Part shown: piece after piece, positions 54,241-64,000 of the stretch
How positions within the stretch are numbered: position 1 is the first letter of the stretch
Layout of the letters: the number at the start of each line of letters is the position of its first letter
NCBI GenBank assembly: GCA_964016885.1
Contig: OZ024760.1
Span: forward strand, 21,452,001 to 21,516,000
DNA: 64,000 nucleotides
Direction: 5' to 3'
Source: Eledone cirrhosa
Taxonomy: Eukaryota
The notes under the pieces: generated by a model
Databases searched by the model: none
The model's input: the letters and a program-made list of their open reading frames with translations, nothing else
Told to the model about the DNA's origin: nothing
Program-made: the position numbers and the translations under genes

Positions 54241-54510
54241 CATCATCATCATCATCATCACCGTTTTACGTCCGTTCTTCCACGCTAGCATGGGTTAGAC
54301 GGGTTGTCCTGTTGTGGGCAGTGTCTGGTCGGCTGACCATGCCTTGCTCATACAGGAACTGATCTGGCTTGATTTCTACAGCTGGATGCCCTTCCTAACA
54401 CCAACCTCATTTACAGTGAGTGCTGGGTGCTTTTTCGTGGCGCCTACACGTCCACTTTACAGTGTGGGCTGGGTGCTTTTTTGCCGTGGCACCTCCACGA
54501 CCACCTTGCG
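54240..54510 (-). mobile_element. SINE family A-related 3' fragment
   Basis: ggatgcccttcctaacacc core and (CAT)n tail. Confidence 0.75.
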
Positions 54511-54651
54511 GTGGGGGGGGGGGCATATTGTTTATATGCTTCAGCATATATATATATAATATATATATATATATATAATATATATATATGTATATATATA
54601 TATGTATATATATATATGTATATATATGTATATATACATATATATATATAC

Positions 54652-54732
<81 letters not shown>

Positions 54733-55247
54733 CAGTATTTTCCGTTGTGTTGTAATATAAATATTACAGATAGCAGCTGTTTTAGGTTATGTAACTGTTA
54801 TAGAAACACGTGTCAATAAATTCCTTTCAACTAAACTGTATCCATTCAAATCTTTCTATATATATATTAGAAAGTGAGGTTTTTTTTACAAAATGAAAAA
54901 TAACCGAGGTGTCCTACATGAGTGAAAGTATAAAGAAAAAGAGATGAAATTGAAAATGCAACTGAAATTTAAAAAAAAAAAAAATTTTTTTTTAAAAATG
55001 CATATATTTATTTGGTTCCTTTACCGGTTTCGCAGTTCTTTAAACCACAGACCCTCCATCTCAACTCACCTTTTGAAAAGCAGAAGAACTGCGAAACCGG
55101 TAAAGGAACCAAATAAATATATCTAAAAAAAAAAAAAAAAAAAAAATAAGACTCCAGTTGCATTTTCGATTTCATCTCTTTTTCTTTATATATATATATA
55201 CATATACATATATATATATATACATATATATATACATATATATATAC

Positions 55248-55280
<33 letters not shown>

Positions 55281-55472
55281 CATATTTATATATATATATA
55301 TATATATATACATATATATATGTATATATATATGTATATATATATGTATATATATATATGTATATATATGTATATATATATATGTATATATATATATGTA
55401 TATATATATATGTATATATATATATGTATATATGTATATATGTATATATATATATGTATATATGTATATATG

Positions 55473-55505
<33 letters not shown>

Positions 55506-55528
55506 GTATATATATATGTATATATATG

Positions 55529-55591
<63 letters not shown>

Positions 55592-55634
55592 GTATATATA
55601 TATGTATATATATATATGAATATATATATATATG

Positions 55635-55665
<31 letters not shown>

Positions 55666-55859
55666 GTATATATATGTATATATATATATATATGTATATA
55701 TATGTATATATATATATGTATATATATATATATGTATATATATGTATATATATATATGTATATATATATATGTATATATATATATGTATATATATATATG
55801 TATATATATGTATATATATATATATATGTATATATGTATATATATATGTATATATATAT

Positions 55860-58800
55860 ACGACAGAATAATTAAAATAAGACTTGTTCTAAATAGAACT
55901 ACTGTGACGATAATATCTGCGTACGCGCCCCAATCCGGACTGCCTGGCGCTATAAAAGACACTTTCTATGAGACACTGATGCTCACTACCTCCCAAATAA
56001 CCGACAGTGACTATATAATTATTGCTGGCGACCTAAATGGTCACGTTGGACAACATTGTGACGACTATGATGAAATCCATGGGGGCTATGGGTTTGGTAC
56101 TAGAAATGAGGAAGGCTCCAGAATCCTGGAATTCTGTGATGCAAATAACCTAACTATCTGTAACACTATCTTCAAAAAACGAGACAATCACTTGATCACC
56201 TACAGATCAGGGGAACATACCAGCCAGGTAGATTATATCCTTACCAGAAGACGTGACAGAGTGACTGTTGTAAACACTAAATTCCTCCCCCATGAAGAAT
56301 GCACCTCCCAACATAGACTGATAATTAGCGACCTCATAGTCAGGACGAGACGTACTTGACAGCAGAAGAGGACTATCCTCAAGAGAAAAATATGGAAGCT
56401 AAAGGACCCCACAGCCAGAAATAAATTTCAAAGCATATTACTTGATGCTTTCGACAGTAAGGAAGAGCATTTAGAGTCGGACAATATAGAGGGACAGTGG
56501 GAATTCCTGAAAGCAAACCTGCTGATGGCGGCAGACGAAGTCTGTGGCCGGAGCAGGCCTATAGGCAGGAGGAGAGTAACATGGTGGTGGAACAGTAAGG
56601 TGGAGGAGTCGATTAAGGCCAAAAAGCAGGCTTGGAAAATATGGCGGGATGGGGGAAGTAGAGAAGACTATCAAGTGGCCAGGAGGGAAGCTAGGAGACA
56701 AGTGTACTTCGCAAGAAGGGAAGCAGAGGAAAGAAAGTTCAAGCATGTTCTACAACGCGAGGACCAAAAACGTGAGGTGTTCAGGATTGCTAGGCAATGT
56801 GTCAAGGAAAACTGTGATATTGTTGGGGAGAAGTGTGTACTAAGTGATGATGGCGTACTTGCCATCACTGACGCTGATAAGAAGGTAGCTTGGAAGTGTC
56901 ACTACGAGAGGCTACTAAATGAGGAGAATAAATGGGAGAAGGATAGTCTCCCCCAGATTGATCCAATAGAGGGACCAGCAGTGTTAGTTGAAGGTAGTAT
57001 AATAAGTAAGGCAATCAAAGATATGAAGACGGGTAAGGCGGCTGGGCCTTCGGAAATAGCTGCTGAGATGCTGAAGGCCTCTGGAACGGTGGGACACACC
57101 ATGGTCACCCGGATAGTAAACCAAGTCATACAGAATGGGGTTGTTCCGAAGGACTGGCGTAGCAGCATCATCATTAACTGTTACAAGGGTAAAGGAGACG
57201 CCCTAGATAGGAGTGACTATAGAGGGATTAAATTAATCGACCAGGTCATGAAGGTCACGGAAAAAGTAATAGTGCAACTAATCAGAGAGAGAATCGATCT
57301 AGATGAAATGCAGTTCGGGTTTGTGTCAGGCAAAAGTACCACAGATGCTCTTTTCGTTGAACGACAACTACAGGAGAAGTACCTAGCTAAAAGTAAACCC
57401 CTATACTTAGCCTTTGTCAACTTGGAGAAAGTCTTCGACAGAGTCCCCCGTTCCATTATCTGGTGGGCTCTTAGAAAACTAGGTGTTGACGAATGGCTTG
57501 TGAGAGCTATACAAGCCATGTATAAAGAAACAGTGAGCAAGGTTAGAATTAACAACGAATATAGTGAAGAGTTTAGCGTAAAAGTTGGTGTCCATCAGGG
57601 CTCTGTTCTTAGCCCCCTACTATTCATTATTGCTCTTCAGGCTATAACAGAGGAGTTCAAGACCGGCTGCCCATGGGAACTCCTATACGCAGATGACCTA
57701 ACACTCATAGCTGAATCAATGGCCGAGCTAGAGAAGAAATTCCAAACATGGAAGCACGGCCTAGAATCAAAAGGCCTTAAAATTAACCTGGCTAAGACTA
57801 AAGTTCTAGTTTGTAGGAAAGAAAATAAGGCGCCGGTCCCTTCCGGGAAATGGCCATGCTCAGTGTGTAGGAAAGGCGTAGGTAGAAACTCCATTTTATG
57901 TCCCAAATGCAAAGTATGGGTGCATAAAAGATGTAGTGGGATCACAGGTAAGCTAACTAAGAACACAGATTTTACATGTGGCCGGTGCTCTGGTGCAATA
58001 AGTAGCAGCAAGTGCCCACAAAATACTAGCTCTTTCAACTGCGCAGAGGGTTCTATAGAAATAGTGGACAGCTTCCGTTACCTGAGTGACAAAATCAGCA
58101 GTGGGGGAGGGTGCTCCGAAAGTACAGTAGCTAGAGTCAGAACTGGATGGAAAAAGTTCAGAGAGCTTATACCACTATTAGCCGCTAAAGGGTTCTCCCT
58201 AAAAATGAAAGGCAGGTTGTATGATGCCTGCATACGAACAGCAATGTTGCATGGCAGTGAGACCTGGGCATTGTGTGCAGAGGATATACGCAGACTAGAG
58301 AGGAACGAAGCTTGCATGCTCCGCTGGATGTGTAATAGTAATATACGCGAACGGCAAAGCATAAACGAACTAAGGAAAAAATTAGAAATAAGAGGGATCA
58401 GATGTTGTTTACTTGAGAGAAAGCTATGTTGGTATGGTCACGTGATGCGCATGAAAGACGACAGCTGTATAGCAAAGTGCAGGGCAATAAAGATAGACGG
58501 TAGCCACGGAGTAGGCAGACCCAGAAAAACATGGGACGAGCTGATAAATTCCGACCTCACACACTTACACCTCTCCAAGACAATGTCACTGGACTGAGAG
58601 CTTTGGCGGTACTCAGTAATAGAGAAGACCCGCCTTACCTAAATACAAAGTAAAACCTACTACAGTCAGTAGGCATCTCTAACAAAATACACCCCCGTCT
58701 TACCACCCCCACCCCATCCACACCGCCCCTTTCAATGTAAAGTTATGTTGGTGCCACAAAATCCAGGCCGAAACAAATGAGATCGTGTAGGTGTCACGAC

Positions 58801-59064
58801 AAAAAAAACACACAGTCCACGCTGTAATGTGACCGTGTAGGCAACACGGTAAAAACCTCCCACTCCCACACTGTAAATGTGGTTGGTGTTAGGAAGGGCA
58901 TCCAGCTGTAGAAAACCCACCAGATAGTCCACGCTGTAATGTGGCCTTGTAGGCAACACGGTAAAAACCTCCCAGCCCCACACAGTAAATGTGGTTGGTG
59001 TTAGGAAGGGCATCCAACTGTAGAAAACCCGCCAGACAGTCCTATGCGAGCAAGACAACCACTC

Positions 59065-59065
<1 letters not shown>
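55860..59065 (+). mobile_element. Near full-length RTE LINE (APE endonuclease + RT), 5'-truncated, one in-frame stop
   Basis: [24 protein letters not shown]; TGA at 56357-56359 then the same frame stays open to 58597; YRGIKL, QGSVLSP, YADD. Confidence 0.93.
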
Positions 59066-59101
<36 letters not shown>

Positions 59102-59462
59102 ATATATATATTTATATAAATATATATATATGACAAAAGATTGCTTTTGACAACAGCTGGTGATATGCTTGTAAGTAAATATTCTCTTTATCTGATATTT
59201 TGTAACTAACTTTACATAGATCGATATCGAAGTATAGTTACGATGTATTATCATCACCTAGAAACAATCGTAAAGCAGTGAAGTATATTTTTAATGACTT
59301 GATTTTTTATTTCATTGTTTTAACTTATATCATGACTCCGTTTTCCTTTTAATGTTTTATTGTTTTCCAGGATTTATTTTAACATACAACATTTTCAACA
59401 TACATATATATTTATTATTTATATATACATAGTTATATCTAAGTATGTATACAGACGTACAT

Positions 59463-59800
59463 GGAGGCACATGGCTTAGTGGTTCGAGCATTGGCCTTAC
59501 AATCGAAAGGTTGTGAGTTCAATTCTCAGACCGGGTGATGTGTTGTTCCCTTGAGCAAGACATCTTATTTCACATTGCTCCAGTTTACTCAGCTGTAGAA
59601 ATGAGATGATAGGGACTGGGGTCCCTATCATTCAACTGCAAAGTGGTCGTGGAGGTGCCATGGCAAAAAAGCACCCAACACACTGTAAATCAGATTGGTG
59701 TTAGGAAGGGCATCCACGTGTAGAAATCAAGCCAGAATCAGTTCCTGTCCCACCCTTGCAAGCAGGGAAAAGTGGACGTAAAATGAAATGATGATGATGA
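59463..59800 (+). mobile_element. SINE family A, full length
   Basis: Head, core and (GAT)n tail. Confidence 0.88.
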
Positions 59801-60005
59801 AATGATACATACATGCACGCATATATATATATGAACGTATGGATTTACCGAACATTTATTATAATGCTCGGTTTGTTTGTAAACAAACATCCCGAATTAA
59901 GCCGTACGGTGTTTAGCAACCATCGTTGCCCTTTTGTTCAACAGTGACAAAGGAACGATGTACTAGTTTCAAGCTTATTAGCTATTATAACTATATATAG
60001 TTATT

Positions 60006-60054
<49 letters not shown>

Positions 60055-60182
60055 AATATTATATATATATACAAGGGCGGTGCCCCAGCATGGCCTCAGC
60101 CGGATGGCTGAAACAGGTAAAAGAATATATATATTATATTAATTCAAAAGATTAACAAAATAGATGTTCTTGTGATCAATTA

Positions 60183-60249
60183 TATTTTATTATACATATT
60201 TCAGAGGTACTGAATTAAGTTCAACAGTACGTCTTCGTCAGATAAAATA
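60183..60249 (-). ncRNA. Type I hammerhead ribozyme motif
   Basis: On -: TATTTTAT-CTGACGA-AGACGTACTG...CAGTACCTCT-GAAA-TATGT-ATA-ATAAAATA; 8-bp stem I. Confidence 0.78.
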
Positions 60250-61184
60250 GGATGATGCATGACATACCCTGACATAGTAAATGGTTAAGATTCAGTCATG
60301 GTAGTGATTAACTTATGACAAAACTCAATATTTATACCCTAATATTGAGAACATGAGATAACATAATACAAACAATAGAGAGGGTGCGTTTAATACAGCT
60401 TAAAAAATACATGACATCAATATAACAGTTATAAACATTTTTTAAAACTACTGGAGAAAGAGGAGGGAAAGGAAAGCATAGAGGAAGAAACAGCTGATGT
60501 GATAATATATTTAGTAGGTGGCTTGAAATAACAGGTGAAAGATGATTAAAGAGAGAAAGGGAGAGACAAAGGGGAGTAATTTATGTTCAAGTTTATAAAG
60601 ATTTCCATATATGCAACACATATCCAAATTAATATAGTATAGTTGGCTGTTAATTTTCAAAATATTTAATTTAAGTTTAAATTTAGAAAACACACATTAG
60701 ACAACCATGCAGAACAACTCTATTGCAGCTCTGTTGTTCGGCTGGCATCGTCTACGCGTGTGTTGCACAAGTACTGTGAAACAATAAATTTCAACACTTC
60801 TTTGCACAGAGACAATATCCATAGGCGAAACTGCAATTGTCACTGCTGGCGCAGCTCCTGCTTTGGCAGTCCAGGTCTGCAATTCATTCACCCAGTGCCT
60901 GGCAGACAAAAAAGTGCTGTCATAAAATAAGTGGTACAACCTAACTTTGGTAACTTACTGACCCCGAGTAAACAACATCTGATCCCTCTTATTCCTAATT
61001 TCTCCCTTAGTTCATTTATGCTTTGCCGTTCACGTATATTACTATTACACATCCAACGGAGCATGCAAGCTTCGTTCCTCTCCAGTCTGCGTATATATTA
61101 ATAAATATATATATATATAATAAATATATATATATATAATAAATAAATATATATATATATATAAAATAAAAATATATATATAAA

Positions 61185-61224
<40 letters not shown>

Positions 61225-61569
61225 AATATGTAAAACATCTGACGTATTTACATTGAGCTATTTTTCTTCCTGGTAATAAGGTAGTAATGAATTACTGACC
61301 TTTCCTGTTTATTTATTACATATATAAATATATAATATATATACATAATATATATAAAATATATATATACAATTCGGAAGGATTCCCGCTAAATTTATAT
61401 TTATATATATATATATACACATATATATGTTCGAAACATATTTCATGTATGTATGTGTATGTATATATATATATGTATGTATGTAAAAGGTAACCAGAAA
61501 TAACAACACAATCGGTACAGTATATGGAAGGGATATATTAGGTTAACGCTTGATATAGAAGGAAGAGGG

Positions 61570-61605
61570 TCTTAACGTTTCGGACGCTAGTCCTTCATCA
61601 GAAGA
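61570..61605 (-). ncRNA. Minimal type I hammerhead motif
   Basis: On -: TCTT-CTGATGA-A-GGAC-TAGC-GTCC-GAAAC-GTT-AAGA; palindromic AACGTT permits the dimeric fold. Confidence 0.75.
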
Positions 61606-61699
61606 AAGAAACACACATGAAATATGTTTAGAACATAGCATGAAAAGTTTTAGAATTGAAATAGAAATAGAAGCAACACTGTAATATTTCCTAAATAAT

Positions 61700-61887
61700 T
61701 GTTTCTACTTTAGGCACAAGGCCAGCAATTACCCAGTGTCTTACTGGTACTTTATTTTATCGACCCCGTAAGGATGAAAGGCAAAGTCAACCTCGGCGGG
61801 ATTTGAACTCAGATCGTAAAGGGACGTAACTATGCTGGAAAGCATGGCGTCCGACCCTCTACCGATACTACCAATCCACCGCCCTCC
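61700..61887 (-). mobile_element. SINE family B with 18-bp TSD
   Basis: TSD taatatttcctaaataat at 61682-61699 and 61888-61905. Confidence 0.9.
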
Positions 61888-62212
61888 TAATATTTCCTAA
61901 ATAATGCAGCCTAATAATGAGGCATATACATCCACTGAATGGAAAAGATGGGTATCAGGGCACCATGTTTTTCTGTTCAGTCGGTTTATATGCCACCATT
62001 ATTAAACTATATTATTTAGGCAATGTTACAGTGATATTTCTATTTCAATATACACATATACATATTAAAGAATATATCTATAATAAAATAGTGCCTTATA
62101 AAATGGAAGCTTGATGTGTATATGATGTTTGGTAAACCCTACAAGGCTAACTCCAGCTTTAAATGTTTGTTGTTGTTGTTGCAAGATGTAATTAGTTTTG
62201 ACATTGAAACAG

Positions 62213-63493
62213 TTACATTGCTGTGTGGGTAGCTACATGTTTAGTTAAGTTACTTATTTTAGAGAATGATTTGCCACAGATATCACAGTGATATGGCTTC
62301 TCTCCTGTATGAAAACATTTGTGTTTAGTGAGATAATTACTTCCAGAAAATGATTTATTACAGATATCACAGTGATATGGTTTTTCTCCTGTATGAATAC
62401 GTTTGTGTCTAGATAAGTCACTGCTTCCAGGGAATGATTTATTACAGATATCACAGTGGTATGGCTTCTCTCCTGTATGAATACGTCTATGGGTAGTTAC
62501 ATGATCTTTTTTAGAGAATGATTTATCACAGATGTCACAGTGATATGGCTTCTCCCCTGTGTGAACTCGTATGTGCCTAGTTAAGGTACCACATCCAGAA
62601 AATGATTTACCGCAGATATCACAGTGATATGGCTTTTCTCCTGTATGAATGTATTTGTGTTTACTCAAGTCACTACTTCCAGAGAATGATTTACCACAGA
62701 TATCACAGAGATATCGTTTTTCTCCTGTATGAATACGTTTGTGTTTACTTAAGTCACTACTTCCGGAGAATGATTTATCACAGATATCACAATGATATGG
62801 TTTCTCTCCTGTATGAATACGTCTGTGAGTAGTTGCATGATCTTTTTTAGAGAAGGATTTACCACAGATATCACAGGGATATGGCTTCTCTCCTGTATGA
62901 ATACGTGTGTGTGTAGTTACATGATCTTTTTTAGAAAATGATTTACCACAGATATCACAGTGATATAGGTTATCTCTTGTATGAATGCGTTTGTGAGTAG
63001 TTAAGTGACCAGTATGAGAGAATATTTTACCACAAATATCACAGGGATAAGATTTCTTTTGTGTATGAGTACGTTTGTGAGTAGTTAAGTGGCCAGACTG
63101 AGAGAATGATTTACCACAGACATGACAGTGATATGGCTTCTCTCCTGTATGAATACGTTTGTGACTGGTTAAGTTAACTTTCTGAGAGAATGATTTACCA
63201 CAGATGTCACATTGATGAGGTTTCTTTCCTGTATGAGAACATTTGTGAGACGTTAAGGAACCAATCTGAGAGAATGATTTACTACAGATATTACAGTGGT
63301 ATTCCTTTGCATCTGTATGTGTACATTTATGTTTAGTTAAGCTACTACTATGAGAAAATAATTTACCACAGATATCACAGTGATGTGGTTTCTCTCCTGT
63401 ATAAATACATTTGTGAGTAGTTAAGTCACCTTTCCGAGAGAGTGATCTACCACAGATATCACACTGATATGATTTTTTCACAACTTTAAGCAT
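62213..63493 (-). CDS. C2H2 zinc-finger array protein, 15 tandem fingers, no recognisable effector domain
   Basis: 426 aa of [10 protein letters not shown]-x6[10 protein letters not shown] repeats; finger 1 ends HKCIY (degenerate). Possible 5' UTR splice acceptor (ttatttcag on -) just upstream at about 63528. Confidence 0.93.
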   Translation of the reverse strand: MLKVVKKSYQCDICGRSLSRKGDLTTHKCIYTGEKPHHCDICGKLFSHSSSLTKHKCTHTDAKEYHCNICSKSFSQIGSLTSHKCSHTGKKPHQCDICGKSFSQKVNLTSHKRIHTGEKPYHCHVCGKSFSQSGHLTTHKRTHTQKKSYPCDICGKIFSHTGHLTTHKRIHTRDNLYHCDICGKSFSKKDHVTTHTRIHTGEKPYPCDICGKSFSKKDHATTHRRIHTGEKPYHCDICDKSFSGSSDLSKHKRIHTGEKRYLCDICGKSFSGSSDLSKHKYIHTGEKPYHCDICGKSFSGCGTLTRHIRVHTGEKPYHCDICDKSFSKKDHVTTHRRIHTGEKPYHCDICNKSFPGSSDLSRHKRIHTGEKPYHCDICNKSFSGSNYLTKHKCFHTGEKPYHCDICGKSFSKISNLTKHVATHTAM

Positions 63494-64000
63494 TTTTTTC
63501 AGTATAAAATATCTATCTATTAAATTTCTGAAATAATTCTTTTATCCATTATTTTTTCTTCTCTCTCTCTCTTCAATATATGGATATTTTCTGTCTTGAT
63601 TTCAAATCCCACCGAGGTCAACTTTGCCTTTCATCCTTCCAGAGGTCGATAAAATAAAGTACCAGTCAAGTACTAGGGGTTGATTTTCCACCTCTTTCTC
63701 TCTCTCTCTCTCCAATATATCTTATATTTTTCTTGGCTCTGTTTCTAAGTTAAATTCCTTCAGCTGTGATCTTTGTTGATGTCTGAAGATGTTTCAAACT
63801 GTTTTGTAAATGTATCCAACTTTAATTTAAATACAAAAATCTCCAGTGAAGAAGGAAAATGTTGCCCATTAATTACAGTTCAGAAGAAATACTTCACAGT
63901 AATTCATCCAGAGATTTATAGAAACAGTATCATATGAGTTCTATATAACATTTTCCTTTAGTCTTTAAATGGTGTCAATGTGAAAAAAAATAATTTTATG

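Noticed and set aside
60697-60939. 80-aa minus-strand ORF in a GC-richer patch
   Set aside because: No recognisable motif in any frame; left unannotated.

Overview
AT-rich, microsatellite-laden animal genomic DNA. The SINE/RTE repertoire, (TA)n load and finger-only C2H2 gene suggest an octopod cephalopod (inference). Genes: the last six coding exons of mitochondrial glycerol-3-phosphate dehydrogenase GPD2 (+, 1436-18832) and a single-exon 15-finger C2H2 zinc-finger ORF (-, 62213-63493). The rest is mostly retroelement debris: RTE and CR1-group LINEs, several Penelope-like element (PLE) fragments, two tRNA-derived SINE families, minisatellites and long (TA/TG)n arrays, which produce the many spurious YIYI ORFs. 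Two signals not visible in the ORF track stand out. (1) A pair of paralogous GC-rich, hairpin-forming ~120-155 nt units at 42.8 and 44.2 kb share an upstream motif, 5' end and oligo-T 3' end, and sit inside a ~6.4 kb inverted-repeat structure; they are candidate unrecognised Pol III ncRNA genes. (2) About a dozen type I hammerhead ribozyme motifs lie in PLE terminal-repeat fragments, and several have been turned into fold-back palindromes whose breakpoints fall in ribozyme stem II. All pairings were read by eye; no searches were run.
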